Counted from the stretch's first letter, positions 19,331 through 29,810 are shown. The stretch: DNA of 64,000 nt from Guyparkeria sp. (GCF_041687595.1 NZ_JAWLBP010000005.1:10377-74376); one strand, 5' to 3'. Program-made: numbers and translations. Notes: generated by a model from the sequence alone, not told the origin.

Positions 19331-20185
19331 ATGTCGCAGTTGTTCGCCGTGATCGGCAACCCCATCGAGCACTCGCGCTCGCCCCTGATCCACCAGCAGT
19401 TCGCCCGGCAGACGGGCATCGACCTGGTCTACGAGAAGCTCTGGGCACCGATCGACGGCTTCGAAGCGGTGGTGCGGGAATTCATGGAGCGCGGCGGCGC
19501 CGGAATGAACGTCACGGTCCCCTTCAAGCTCGAAGCCTTCGACCTGGCCGACGAACACAGCCCGCGGGCGAAGCGCGCACTCGCCGCCAACACACTGGTC
19601 TTTCCCCGTGAGCCCGGCGGCCCGATCCAGGCCGACAACACCGACGGCATCGGGCTGGTGAACGATCTGGCCTTCCACGGAGTCGACATCTCCGGGCGGC
19701 GCGTGCTCATCCTGGGTGCCGGCGGCGCGACGCGCGGCGTGCTCGAACCCTTGCTGGAACGTACTCCCGCCGAGCTGACCGTCGCCAACCGCAACCCGGA
19801 ACGGGCCTACGGCCTGGTCGAGGAGTTTGCCGATGTCGCCGGAGACTGCCTGCTATCCGGATGCCCCCTGGCGGGAATCGAGGCCACCCCTTTCGATCTG
19901 ATCATCAACGCCACCCCGGCCAGCCTGACCCGACAGCTCCCGCCGCTGCCCGAGGAGATCATCGGTGCGGACACCACCGCCTACGACATGGCCTACAGTG
20001 CCGAGCCCACCGTGTTCATGGCATGGGCCGCAGCCCGCGGCGCGTCGACCCACGACGGGCTCGGCATGCTGGTGGAACAGGCAGCCGAAAGCTTCAGCCT
20101 GTGGCACGGATGCCGGCCGGACACCGCGCCGGTCCGCCTGACCCTGCGCGAGGCCATCGCGCGTTCCGGACAGGATCAGGGCTGA
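19331..20185 (+). CDS. aroE: Shikimate dehydrogenase
   Basis: GNPIEHSRSP, NVTVPFK, DNTDG, GAGGA, DGLGMLVEQAA. Confidence 0.97.
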   Translation: MSQLFAVIGNPIEHSRSPLIHQQFARQTGIDLVYEKLWAPIDGFEAVVREFMERGGAGMNVTVPFKLEAFDLADEHSPRAKRALAANTLVFPREPGGPIQADNTDGIGLVNDLAFHGVDISGRRVLILGAGGATRGVLEPLLERTPAELTVANRNPERAYGLVEEFADVAGDCLLSGCPLAGIEATPFDLIINATPASLTRQLPPLPEEIIGADTTAYDMAYSAEPTVFMAWAAARGASTHDGLGMLVEQAAESFSLWHGCRPDTAPVRLTLREAIARSGQDQG

Positions 20186-20189
20186 CGAC

Positions 20190-20486
20190 TCACCCAGCGG
20201 CAGGCCCCGCTCCGGGGCTGGTACCGATTCCACCTGCTTCCCGGCGCCTCCCTTCCACGTCGATCTCTCCCAGCCGCTGATCGACCTCGTCCAGATGCCG
20301 CCCGAACCCCGCCAAGGCTGACTCCAGTCCGCGGCACTCGCGCTCGAGGTTCTCGAACTGGGCCTGAAACCAGCGCTCGCGGCGCAGCTGTGCGTTACGC
20401 AGTGAGCGGTAGGCACGCCAGAGGATCAACAGGCCGATCAGTGACAGCAGCAGGGCGGCTGTTGCCAGCCATAGGGGAGAAATCAT
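20190..20486 (-). CDS. Small membrane-anchored coiled-coil protein (hypothetical)
   Basis: N-terminal hydrophobic helix followed by a coiled coil; fills the gap between aroE and rsmI. Confidence 0.6.
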   Translation of the reverse strand: MISPLWLATAALLLSLIGLLILWRAYRSLRNAQLRRERWFQAQFENLERECRGLESALAGFGRHLDEVDQRLGEIDVEGRRREAGGIGTSPGAGPAAG

Positions 20487-20558
20487 GCCGAACTCTCGAT
20501 GCGATGAGTGATGCCGTGCAGGATACCCAATTGCCCCTGCCCCGGCATCCGGGCCGCC

Positions 20559-21464
20559 TCACTTCGCCCCACGCCGGGCAAGCACCTCGGCGTAGACCTC
20601 GTTCCGGGACAGGCGGGTCGTGCGCGAGACGACCCGGGCGATGCTCTTCGGCGCCACCCCCTCAGCCACCAGCGCATCAATGAGCGCATCCGCCTCGGCC
20701 GTGTCGGTACCAACCGCGGCCACGGGCGGCCCGACCATGACCACAAATTCCCCGCGGGCCGGGATCTCCCCGGCTTGCAAATCCGCCAGCACGGACGCCA
20801 GACTGCCGTGTGCAAACTGCTCGAAGCGCTTGGTCAGCTCGCGGGCGACCACGGCGCGCCGCCCGTCGCCGAGTTGCTCGGCACAGGCGGCCAGACTCTT
20901 CGCGATCCGGTGGGGCGCCTCGTAGAACACCAGCGTCGCCTCCACGGCGGCCAGCGCAGCCAGCCGGTCGCGACGGGCCTTGTCCTGGGCGGGCAGGAAC
21001 CCCTCGAACCAGAACGGCCGCGCCGGCAGCCCTGACGCGCTCAGGGCCGCGATCACAGCCGAAGGCCCGGGTATGGGGGACACCGCGATTCCTTCCCCGG
21101 TGAGTGCCGAGACCAGCAACTGGCCGGGATCGCTGATCCCCGGCGTGCCGGCATCGCTGATCAGAGCCGCCGAGGCACCCTGCCCGAGCCGCTCGACCAG
21201 TGACGCGCTCGCCGCCCGCTCGTTGTGCTCGTGGACAGCAACCAGTTCTTTCCTCACACCCAGATGATCGAGCAGGACCCGGGCATGGCGGGTATCCTCG
21301 CAGGCGATCAGGTCCACCCCGCGCAGCACCGACGCGGCCCGCTCGCTGATGTCGGCCAGGTTGCCGATCGGCGTGGCGACCACGTAGAGCGTCCCGGGTT
21401 CGACCCAGCGCCCCGCTCCGTCCGGGGAACGATCGAACGCCTTTCCTTCCTCCCGGTCAGACAT
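20559..21464 (-). CDS. rsmI: 16S rRNA C1402 2'-O-methyltransferase
   Basis: LYVVATPIGNLAD, CEDTR, SDAGTPGISDPG, FYEAPHR, RELTK; divergent from lpoA. Confidence 0.96.
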   Translation of the reverse strand: MSDREEGKAFDRSPDGAGRWVEPGTLYVVATPIGNLADISERAASVLRGVDLIACEDTRHARVLLDHLGVRKELVAVHEHNERAASASLVERLGQGASAALISDAGTPGISDPGQLLVSALTGEGIAVSPIPGPSAVIAALSASGLPARPFWFEGFLPAQDKARRDRLAALAAVEATLVFYEAPHRIAKSLAACAEQLGDGRRAVVARELTKRFEQFAHGSLASVLADLQAGEIPARGEFVVMVGPPVAAVGTDTAEADALIDALVAEGVAPKSIARVVSRTTRLSRNEVYAEVLARRGAK

Positions 21465-21684
21465 GCATCCACCCCCCGTCGACATCGACACAGGCATTCA
21501 CCGGGACCGGGTCCGCCAACGGCTCGCAGCCCCGGCATGGCTTTTTCAGGGTGTCCATTTGTTTATACTCACCGCTTGTTCACGTCATCGGGTTAACCGG
21601 GACATCACCAGCTACCTCAAAGGCGCCGGAGTCTGCATGCCGATCACCAACTGCCAGCTCGCCCAGAAGGATCTCACGCGTCAC

Positions 21685-23634
21685 ATGTCATCGACCGCTG
21701 ATCGAACATACGCCCGGACCATCCGGACCGCCCTGGCCACAGTCGCCCTGATGGCGATGGCCGGGTGCGCACAGATGGCGGTTTCTCCCCAGGAAGCGCA
21801 GCGCTCCGAGGCCCAGATGCGGGTGGATCAGGCAAGGGCCGATGCCGACCCGGTCGCCCTGACCAGCGCTCAGATGGAACTGTCGCGCACCCTGACGGGG
21901 TCCGAGCGCGCCGAGCAGCAGCTCATCGCCATCGAGACCGCAATCGATGCCCTCGAACTCGAACTGGCCAGGGAACTCTACCAGCAGACCGACACCCGGG
22001 AGCAATGGCCGCGCATCGACCGGCGCCGGGCGGCGATTGCCGACGGGATCGGCCACTGGGCCGATGGAGACGTCGACCGGGCGATCCGCACCATCACCAA
22101 CCTTCCGCTGCCACTCGCCCCGGAAACCGAACGCCGCCGACTGCTCCTGCTCGGGGCATTGAATGTCGACAAGGGCAATCACCTCGACGGGGCACGCTTC
22201 TATTCGGCACTCGGCGAACAGCTCCCAGACGCGCCGGCCGAGCAGGTGCATGCCCGACTGTGGGACGCGCTGGCAAACGTGGACACTCGGCAACTGGCGC
22301 AAGCGAGCGAGCGGACCACGGATCCCGTATTCGGCGGCTGGCTCGAACTAGCGCGCGACTACCGCCAGAGGCCGGACCGGCTGAGCGGCTGGGCCGACGC
22401 CAACCCGGACCATCCGGCGACCGCAACCGGGTTCGTCGAGGTGCTGACGACTACCGGGCCGATGGGCGCCATCGACACCCTGCGTGTCCCGGACAGGCAC
22501 GGTCCGATCGCGGTACTGCTGCCGGAAGACGAGCGCTACCGCGGCATCAGCGAGGAAATCCGCCGCGGCATCGAGTATGCCCGCGAGGCTACGTCTCTGG
22601 GTTCCCAGCGAGATTTGTTCTACCTTGACTCGGGCACTGACGGGATGTCGGCACGCATCGCCCTCGAGCAGGCGGCCAACCGTGGCGCGAGCGTGGTCAT
22701 CGGTCCGCTGGTCAAGGAGCAGATCAGTGCCCTGGGCGGCCTGCCCGCCGACGGCCCGGTGGTGATCGCGCTGAACAGCCCGCCCGACGGCGAGCGCCTC
22801 CCCCGCGGGATCATCAGCTACTCGCTGTCACCGGAGCAGGATGCCGTCTCGGTCGCCAACCGCATGCTGGCCGACGGTCACCAGCGGGTTGGTGTATTCG
22901 CCGCCGACACCCGGCTGGGGCAGCGCGCCCGTAATGCCTTCGTCGACGAGTTCACGCTGCAGGGCGGCGAGATCCTCGACGAGGCCACGTTCGCCGCCGG
23001 CCAGACGGATTTCTCCCGTGATCTTCCCCGGCTGCTGAAGATGCAGTCCGAGGAGGATGGCCCGTTCCAGCCAGAGATCCGCAGCGACATGGACGCCATA
23101 TTCGTCGCGGCGGCTGCCGACGAATTGTCCCTCGTGGCCCCACAGCTCGACTATTTCGGCGCCGACGACCTGCCGCGCTATGCCCTGTCCACCACCTACT
23201 CGGGCAACCGCGATCCGCGCAACGATTCGGACAAGCAAGGCACCATCATCCCGATTGCCCCGATGCTGCTGGCCGGTTCCGCCGGGCCGGGACACCCCAT
23301 GCGTCTCGCCTATGAGCGTGCCCAGCTTGCCGGCTCCCTGCCGAGGCTGTTCGCCTTCGGCGCGGATGCCGCGATGCTGGCCGCCCATCTCGACATCCTG
23401 CTCGACGGAGGCGTGGTCTCCGGGCTGACCGGGGACCTGTCCTTGACCCCCGTCGGCGTCATCGAACGCAACGCGGCCTGGGGGCAGTTCCGCGACGGCA
23501 TGCTGCGCCCCTATGGCACGGAATCCGGCTTGCCGACCACCGACAGCCCGGTCAGCCCGGTCAGACGCCCGGCGAGCGCCCCCGACACCACTGCCCCCGG
23601 CAGCGGCGAGACATTCTTCCGGATCGTCGAGTGA
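21685..23634 (+). CDS. lpoA: Penicillin-binding protein activator LpoA/LppC lipoprotein
   Basis: Lipobox MAGC; W..L...GWLELA, W...NP.HPA, IAVLLP, IGPLVKE, RLFAFG.DA, GLTG.L; rsmI-lpoA-yraN synteny. Start inferred. Confidence 0.88.
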   Translation: MSSTADRTYARTIRTALATVALMAMAGCAQMAVSPQEAQRSEAQMRVDQARADADPVALTSAQMELSRTLTGSERAEQQLIAIETAIDALELELARELYQQTDTREQWPRIDRRRAAIADGIGHWADGDVDRAIRTITNLPLPLAPETERRRLLLLGALNVDKGNHLDGARFYSALGEQLPDAPAEQVHARLWDALANVDTRQLAQASERTTDPVFGGWLELARDYRQRPDRLSGWADANPDHPATATGFVEVLTTTGPMGAIDTLRVPDRHGPIAVLLPEDERYRGISEEIRRGIEYAREATSLGSQRDLFYLDSGTDGMSARIALEQAANRGASVVIGPLVKEQISALGGLPADGPVVIALNSPPDGERLPRGIISYSLSPEQDAVSVANRMLADGHQRVGVFAADTRLGQRARNAFVDEFTLQGGEILDEATFAAGQTDFSRDLPRLLKMQSEEDGPFQPEIRSDMDAIFVAAAADELSLVAPQLDYFGADDLPRYALSTTYSGNRDPRNDSDKQGTIIPIAPMLLAGSAGPGHPMRLAYERAQLAGSLPRLFAFGADAAMLAAHLDILLDGGVVSGLTGDLSLTPVGVIERNAAWGQFRDGMLRPYGTESGLPTTDSPVSPVRRPASAPDTTAPGSGETFFRIVE

Positions 23635-23695
23635 GATCGTGAGGCCGGGCAACCCTCTCGGCCGCGCCGCCAGGCATTGGATGGAGCGCCGGGCC

Positions 23696-24067
23696 ATGCC
23701 GTGGAACGGAACGCGCCAGGAGCGGGGACGGCAGGCCGAGGAACTCGCCCGGCGTCACCTGGAGCAAAACGGGCTGGTCCTCCTCGAACGCAACGCCCGC
23801 GCCGGACGCGGCGAGATCGACCTCGTCATGCGGCGCGACGACACGCTGGTGTTCGTCGAGGTCCGGGCGCGGGCGACCGGCTCGCTGGTCTCCGCCGCCG
23901 AGAGCCTGTCGCCGCAAAAATGCGCCAAGGTACGGGAAACCGCACAGCGACTGGTAAGCTCGCGTGATGCCTGGCAGGACATGTACTGCCGCTTCGACGT
24001 GGTGGCCGTGACCGTTCCCCGCCATGGCGGCAGGCCGGCTATCGACTGGCTCCCCGATGCATTCTGA
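23696..24067 (+). CDS. yraN: YraN/UPF0102 family protein
   Basis: G..AE..A...L...G, GEIDLV, LVFVEVR, RFDVV, W..DAF. Confidence 0.92.
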   Translation: MPWNGTRQERGRQAEELARRHLEQNGLVLLERNARAGRGEIDLVMRRDDTLVFVEVRARATGSLVSAAESLSPQKCAKVRETAQRLVSSRDAWQDMYCRFDVVAVTVPRHGGRPAIDWLPDAF

Positions 24068-24122
24068 CTCAGCAAGTATTCCCTGAACACGCTATCGAGC
24101 GACAGCACGGACCCCTGACGAA

Positions 24123-24686
24123 ATGAGCGAGATCCTAGACGGACTCAAACGACGCCTGGACGACGACCTGCAGGAGATGGGCCGCCTGCTCGACCAGATC
24201 GCCCCGCAAGCGCTCGAGGCGGCCGGCGTCATCCTGACGGCCGTGCTCAATGGGCAGCGCGTGCTCGCCTGCGGCGCCCGGGACCGAAACGACCTGGCGC
24301 ACTATTTCGCCCGGCTGATGACCGGACAGTTCGAGCACCCGAGACCCGGGCTCCCGGTGATTCCCTTGGCCGAGTACCCGGGCGGGAAGGAGCCCTTCGT
24401 CAAGCCGATCCGGGCACTGGGGGCCCAGCACGACGTGCTGCTCGCCATCACCCGCAACGCGGTCGACGGCATCGAGCCCGCATTGCGCGCGGCGCACGAA
24501 CGCGAGATGCAGGTGGTCCTGATCTCCGCCGGATCCGAGGAACTGATCGCACCGCACCTGCACAGCCAGGACCGGCTGATCTGCGTGCCAACCGACCGCC
24601 CCGGCATCGCTCAGGAGATGCAGCTCAAGCTCATCCACATGCTGGTCGACCTGGTAGACCGCCAGCTCCTCGGCCTGACGAACTGA
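24123..24686 (+). CDS. SIS-domain GmhA/DiaA-like protein (degenerate motifs)
   Basis: VLACG, F.HPRPGLP, I.ALG...DVL, QE...IH, D.QL.G; located after yraN. Confidence 0.8.
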   Translation: MSEILDGLKRRLDDDLQEMGRLLDQIAPQALEAAGVILTAVLNGQRVLACGARDRNDLAHYFARLMTGQFEHPRPGLPVIPLAEYPGGKEPFVKPIRALGAQHDVLLAITRNAVDGIEPALRAAHEREMQVVLISAGSEELIAPHLHSQDRLICVPTDRPGIAQEMQLKLIHMLVDLVDRQLLGLTN

Positions 24687-24690
24687 CCCC

Positions 24691-26106
24691 ATGAGCACCA
24701 CGGACATCGAAACTCTTGCACAGCGCTTGGCCGACCGCATCGGAGCCGATCGAGTCGCCACCGATGCCGGCACCACCTGGGCCTACGGAATGGACAACAG
24801 CCGGGTGCATCACGCGCCCGGCCTGGTGGTCTTCCCGGAAAGCCACGACGAGGTCGTGGAGGTCATCCGGGCCGCCGCCGAGGCGCGCATCCCGGTGACC
24901 ACCCGCGGACGCGGCACCGGCACGGCCGGCGGCTCGGTACCGGTAGAGGGTGGCATCGTGCTGGTGACCGACCGCATGACGCGGGTGATCGACTTCCGAC
25001 CCGAGGATCGGCTGATCGTGGTGGAGGCCGGACTGATCAACGCCGACCTGCAGCGCATCGTCGGCGAGAAGGGTTTCTTCTGGCCCCCCGACCCGACGAG
25101 CAACGTGCTTTGCACCGTCGGGGGCAACCTCGGTGCCAATGCCGCCGGTCCGCACGCGGTCAAGTACGGCACCACCCGGGAGAACGTGCTCGGCCTGCGC
25201 GCGGTCGACGGCCAGGGCCGGAGCATCAAGGCGGGCACTCAGACGACCAAGGGCGTGGTCGGCCACGATCTCACCCGCCTGCTGATCGGTTCGGAGGGCA
25301 CGCTCGGCGTGATCACCGAGGCCACCCTGCGGCTCACGCCCCTGCCCGAGACACGACGACTGCTGCGCGCCTTCTACCCCGACATGCACGCCGCCTCCGA
25401 GGCCGTCTCGCGACTGATGGGCCAGCCGGCCACCCCGGCGGCCATCGAGTTTCTGGACGGCAACGCCCTGGACCTGCTGCGGCGCAATTCGGCAGTAGAG
25501 ATCCCCGAGGATGCCGGCGCCCTCTTGATGATCGAGGTCGACGGCGACGAGACCGGCATCGACGGGCTGGTCGAGCGGATCGAGGCCGCCGCGAACGACC
25601 CCGACAAGGCGATCGACATCGCCGTCGCCCGCACCGAAGAGGAGCAGGCCAGCCTCTGGGCCGCGCGCAAGGCGCTCTCGCCTACCCTTCGGCAGGTGGC
25701 ACCGAAAAAGATCAACGAGGACGTGGTGGTCCCCGTCTCGCGCATCCCGCGGCTGATCGCCACGCTCGACGAGATCGCCCGCCGCCATGCCATCGCGATC
25801 GTGAACTTCGGCCATGCAGGCAACGGGAACATCCACGTCAATCTGCTGGTCAACCCGGACGACGCCCGCGAGATGGCGGCAGCGGAAAAGGCCCTGACCG
25901 AGGTCTTCGATGCCGTGCTGGCACTCGACGGTACGCTCTCGGGCGAGCACGGCATCGGCTACGTCAAGCGCGAGTTCGTCTCCCGGGAGATCACGCCGGA
26001 TTCGCTGGCCCTGATGCGGGGCATCAAGCAGGTCTTCGATCCGCTGGGCATCCTCAACCCGCACAAGAAACTGCCCGATACGGAGTCAGCCGATACCGAC
26101 GGTTGA
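24691..26106 (+). CDS. FAD-linked oxidase, GlcD/D-lactate dehydrogenase family
   Basis: RGRGTG..GG, PPDPTS, GSEGTLG, EDVVVP, GHAGNGNIH, GEHGIG, FDP.GILNP.K. Confidence 0.92.
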   Translation: MSTTDIETLAQRLADRIGADRVATDAGTTWAYGMDNSRVHHAPGLVVFPESHDEVVEVIRAAAEARIPVTTRGRGTGTAGGSVPVEGGIVLVTDRMTRVIDFRPEDRLIVVEAGLINADLQRIVGEKGFFWPPDPTSNVLCTVGGNLGANAAGPHAVKYGTTRENVLGLRAVDGQGRSIKAGTQTTKGVVGHDLTRLLIGSEGTLGVITEATLRLTPLPETRRLLRAFYPDMHAASEAVSRLMGQPATPAAIEFLDGNALDLLRRNSAVEIPEDAGALLMIEVDGDETGIDGLVERIEAAANDPDKAIDIAVARTEEEQASLWAARKALSPTLRQVAPKKINEDVVVPVSRIPRLIATLDEIARRHAIAIVNFGHAGNGNIHVNLLVNPDDAREMAAAEKALTEVFDAVLALDGTLSGEHGIGYVKREFVSREITPDSLALMRGIKQVFDPLGILNPHKKLPDTESADTDG

Positions 26107-26169
26107 GGCTGTGGCAGACTGGGGCCTCGACCGGACCGCAAAACCCGCTCGCATGGAGGAGCACTCGAC

Positions 26170-26988
26170 TTGGACCACAGCGTGACCTTTCTCGCCAGCG
26201 CGACCATCACCGGCTTCGCCCTGGCGACCGCCCTGCTTCTCGTCGACCAATGGCAGCGGGCCAGGCTCTCTCTCCGGCTGCCCGCCCTGCTGATCGCGAT
26301 CGCGGCACTGGTCGGCCAGGCGGCCCTGCTCTACCGACTGGGCTTCCAGACCGATCCGACCGCCCTCAACCTCACGGTGCTCAACTCGCTGTCCGTTGTG
26401 TTCGGCCTGGCCAGCGCCATCACGGTGGTCAGCACCTTCCGCGAGCGACTGGAGAGCATCGCCGTGCTGCTGCTGCCGATCACGGCACTGACGGTCTTTC
26501 TCACCGTGTTCGTCCCCGAGTCCAACGTCCCGATAAAGACCGGCATGGTGGCGCTGGATGCCCACATCCTGATCTCGCTGGCCGCCTATGCGCTACTCAC
26601 GCTGGCCGCGTTGCAGGGGGTAATGCTGCTGCTGCTCCACCAGGCCCTGCACGGTCACCAGCCGGCCGGCTGGGTCCGCATGCTCCCGCCCATGGAGTCG
26701 GTCGAGCAGCTGATGTTCCGGTTCATCGTCACCGGCTTTTTGCTGCTGACGCTGGCGCTGGTGACCGGCTTTCTCTTTCTCGAGAACATCTTCGCCCAGC
26801 ACCTGGTGCACAAGACCATCCTGTCGGTCATCGCCTGGGTAGTCTTCGCCGTATTGCTGGTCGGCCGCCACCTCGCCGGATGGCGGGGACGCACGGCGGT
26901 GCAGTGGACCCTGGCGGGCTTCATCCTGATGGGGCTGGCCTACTTCGGCACCAAGATCGTGCTCGAGTGGATACTCGATATCGGCTGA
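26170..26988 (+). CDS. Cytochrome c assembly family membrane protein (YpjD/CcsA)
   Basis: About 8 TM helices; HI...AY, LPPM..E, HKTILS..AW, GWRG, LAYFG.K.VLE. Confidence 0.88.
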   Translation: MDHSVTFLASATITGFALATALLLVDQWQRARLSLRLPALLIAIAALVGQAALLYRLGFQTDPTALNLTVLNSLSVVFGLASAITVVSTFRERLESIAVLLLPITALTVFLTVFVPESNVPIKTGMVALDAHILISLAAYALLTLAALQGVMLLLLHQALHGHQPAGWVRMLPPMESVEQLMFRFIVTGFLLLTLALVTGFLFLENIFAQHLVHKTILSVIAWVVFAVLLVGRHLAGWRGRTAVQWTLAGFILMGLAYFGTKIVLEWILDIG

Positions 26989-27073
26989 TTTCCGCAATCG
27001 CGACCCATCGGCTCGAAATACTGCCGCCTTGGCCTTACACTGCCGGCTGGCCCAATAACGAATCCAACCACTC

Positions 27074-28348
27074 TTGAACGAGATACCCTTAGGTTTTCTG
27101 TTCACGGCCCTGGCCGTGCTCATCGTCCTGTCCGCCTTCTTCTCCAGCTCGGAGACCGCCCTGATGGCGCTCAACCGCTACCGGTTGCGCCACCTGGCCA
27201 AGCAGGGCCAACGCGGCGCGATCCTCGCCTCGCGGCTGCTCGACGAGCCCGACCGCCTGATCGGCCTGATCCTGCTGGGCAACAACTTCGTCAACATCCT
27301 CGCCTCGTCGATCGCCACGGTGATCGGCCTGCGGCTGTTCGGCGATTCCGGCATCGCCATCGCCACCGGGGCGATGACGTTCCTGCTGCTGATCTTCGGC
27401 GAGGTCGCGCCCAAGACTGCCGCTGCCGTCTTCCCCGAGCGCTTCGCCTTCCCGGCCTCGTTCGTCTACTCGTTCCTGATCCGCCCGCTGCGTCCGGTCA
27501 TCTGGCTGATCAACTGGCTGGCGAACGGACTGCTGTCGATCTTCGGGCTGCACCCCAGCGGGGCCGGATCGAACGCGCTCACCCGGGCCGAACTGCACAC
27601 CATCGTGCGCGAGTCCGGCCAGCGCCTGCCGGATCTCGACCAGAGCATGCTCCTGTCGGTGCTCGAGCTCGGCAAGGCCAGCGTCGAGGACATCATGATC
27701 CCGCGGGCCGAGATCGTCGGCATCGACATCACCCAGGATTGGAAGGACGTCCTCGACCAGCTCATCCATGCCCCGTATTCCCGTCTGCCGGTGTTCGAGG
27801 GATCGGTGGAGCACACCATCGGGATCATCAACGTACGACGACTGATCGGCCCACTGATCGATCAGAGCCTGACGCTCTCCCGACTCAAGCGGCGAGTGGC
27901 CGAACCCTATTACGTGCCAGAAGGCACGCCGCTGACCACCCAATTGCTCAACTTCCAGCGCCAGGAGCGACGCTCGGCCTTGGTCGTGGACGAATACGGC
28001 GACATCCAGGGACTGGTAACGCTCGAAGACATCCTCGAGGAGATCGTCGGCGAGTTCACCACCTCACCCGATTCGGACCATGAGGGCATCACCCTGCAGG
28101 ACGACGGCCGTTATATCGTCCGCGGTAACCTGCCGATCCGCGAGATCAACCGCGAGCTCGAGGTCGAACTGCCCACCGACGAAGCCAGCACGCTCAACGG
28201 GCTGGTGATCGAGCAACTCGAATCACTGCCGACCGTGGGGGCCACCATCGACCTGCCCGATGCACATATCGAGGTGCGGACGGTGAGAAAGCGCGCCGTC
28301 GACACGGCACTGATCACCACCTTCAAGCGCGGCGACGGCGAGACCTGA
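27074..28348 (+). CDS. HlyC/CorC family (CNNM + CBS) transporter, YfjD/CorB-like
   Basis: SAFFSSSETA, ILLGNNFVNI, EV.PK, IMIPR, VVDEYG, TLEDILEEIVG; ypjD-yfjD synteny. Confidence 0.92.
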   Translation: MNEIPLGFLFTALAVLIVLSAFFSSSETALMALNRYRLRHLAKQGQRGAILASRLLDEPDRLIGLILLGNNFVNILASSIATVIGLRLFGDSGIAIATGAMTFLLLIFGEVAPKTAAAVFPERFAFPASFVYSFLIRPLRPVIWLINWLANGLLSIFGLHPSGAGSNALTRAELHTIVRESGQRLPDLDQSMLLSVLELGKASVEDIMIPRAEIVGIDITQDWKDVLDQLIHAPYSRLPVFEGSVEHTIGIINVRRLIGPLIDQSLTLSRLKRRVAEPYYVPEGTPLTTQLLNFQRQERRSALVVDEYGDIQGLVTLEDILEEIVGEFTTSPDSDHEGITLQDDGRYIVRGNLPIREINRELEVELPTDEASTLNGLVIEQLESLPTVGATIDLPDAHIEVRTVRKRAVDTALITTFKRGDGET

Positions 28349-28353
28349 GGCAA

Positions 28354-29736
28354 ATGGCCAAGAAGAGCCAGACAGCGTTCGTCTGCCGTGAATGCGGCGC
28401 CGACCACCCGAAGTGGGCCGGGCGCTGCAACGAGTGCGGTGCCTGGAACAGCCTCGCCGAGATGCGTCTGCCGGGCGGGAAGTCGCCGGCTCGCGAAGCG
28501 GCGGGATACGCCGGCGAGGCGCCGGCCATCACGGCCATCGGCGAGGTCGAGGTCAGCGAGACGGCCCGCGAATCCAGCGGGCTGGGAGAACTCGACCGCG
28601 TCCTCGGTGGCGGACTGGTACCCGGATCGGTCGTGCTGCTCGGCGGCGATCCCGGCATCGGCAAGTCCACCCTGCTGCTGCAGACCGTGCTCGGCCTGCA
28701 GGACCGGCTCGAATGCCTGTACGTCACCGGCGAGGAATCCCTGCAACAGGTCGCCCTGCGCGGTCGTCGGCTGGGCAACGACCTGGCCGGGCGGGCCGGC
28801 GATCTGACGCTCCTGAGCGAGACCCGCATCGAGTCGATCCTGGCCGCCTGCGCAAAGTCCTTGCCCGGCCTGATGGTGGTCGACTCCATCCAGACGCTCT
28901 ACACCGAGGAGCTTTCCGCCGCCCCCGGCTCAGTATCGCAGTTGCGCGAGGCCACCGCCCAGCTGGTTCGCTTCGCCAAGCGCCACGGGGTGATCGTTCT
29001 GATCGTGGGCCACGTCACGAAGGAAGGTGCGCTGGCCGGCCCGCGCGTGCTCGAGCACATGGTCGACACCGTGCTCTACTTCGAGGGCGACCCCGGGGCG
29101 CGTTTCCGCGTGATTCGCGCGGTGAAGAACCGCTTCGGCGCGGCCAATGAGGTAGGGGTGTTCGGCATGACCGACCACGGCCTGAAACCCGTGTCCAACC
29201 CCTCCGCGATCTTCCTCTCCCGCCACGAGAAGCCGGTGCCGGGCAGCGTGGTGATGGTCACCCGCGAGGGTACCCGTCCGATGCTGGTGGAAGTCCAGGC
29301 ACTGGTGGCCGACCATCCCGGCGGCGGCTCGCGGCGGCTGACCGTGGGCCTGGACCAGAACCGCTTGGCGATGCTGCTGGCCGTGCTGCACCGTCACGGC
29401 CAGGTCGCGCTGTTCGACCAGGACGTGTTTCTCAACGTGGTCGGCGGCGTGCGTGTCGCCGAAACAGCCGCGGACCTGGCCAGCCTGATCGCGATGCTCT
29501 CGAGCTTCCGCGACCGGCCGCTACCCGAGGGACTGGTGATCTTCGGCGAGGTGGGGCTGGCCGGCGAGATCCGCCCGGTCCCCGGCGGGCCGGAACGCTT
29601 GACCGAGGCGGCAAAGCACGGCTTCACCCGCGCGATCGTGCCGAGAGCCAACAAGCCGCCGAAGCCCATCGAGGGGCTGGAGGTGATCGGGGTGGGTCAC
29701 CTCGACGAGGCCATCGAGGCGGTCGACACCTTCTGA
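28354..29736 (+). CDS. radA: DNA repair protein RadA/Sms
   Basis: C4 zinc finger, GDPGIGKST, KNRFG, Lon-like C-terminus. Confidence 0.98.
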   Translation: MAKKSQTAFVCRECGADHPKWAGRCNECGAWNSLAEMRLPGGKSPAREAAGYAGEAPAITAIGEVEVSETARESSGLGELDRVLGGGLVPGSVVLLGGDPGIGKSTLLLQTVLGLQDRLECLYVTGEESLQQVALRGRRLGNDLAGRAGDLTLLSETRIESILAACAKSLPGLMVVDSIQTLYTEELSAAPGSVSQLREATAQLVRFAKRHGVIVLIVGHVTKEGALAGPRVLEHMVDTVLYFEGDPGARFRVIRAVKNRFGAANEVGVFGMTDHGLKPVSNPSAIFLSRHEKPVPGSVVMVTREGTRPMLVEVQALVADHPGGGSRRLTVGLDQNRLAMLLAVLHRHGQVALFDQDVFLNVVGGVRVAETAADLASLIAMLSSFRDRPLPEGLVIFGEVGLAGEIRPVPGGPERLTEAAKHGFTRAIVPRANKPPKPIEGLEVIGVGHLDEAIEAVDTF

Positions 29737-29754
29737 GACCGGGCCCGACGGTCT

Positions 29755-29784
29755 TTGGTCCCGCCTGCCGCCCGGCGGTATAAT
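29755..29784 (+). promoter_or_regulatory. sigma70 promoter of xseB-ispA-dxs
   Basis: TTGGTC-18 nt-TATAAT. Confidence 0.6.
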
Positions 29785-29810
29785 GTTGCAACCCATCGAT
29801 GAGGCCAGCC

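Noticed and set aside
25110-27077. 655-aa Arg/Pro-rich ORF
   Set aside because: Alternate frame over the glcD-like and ypjD genes; composition typical of GC frame artefacts.
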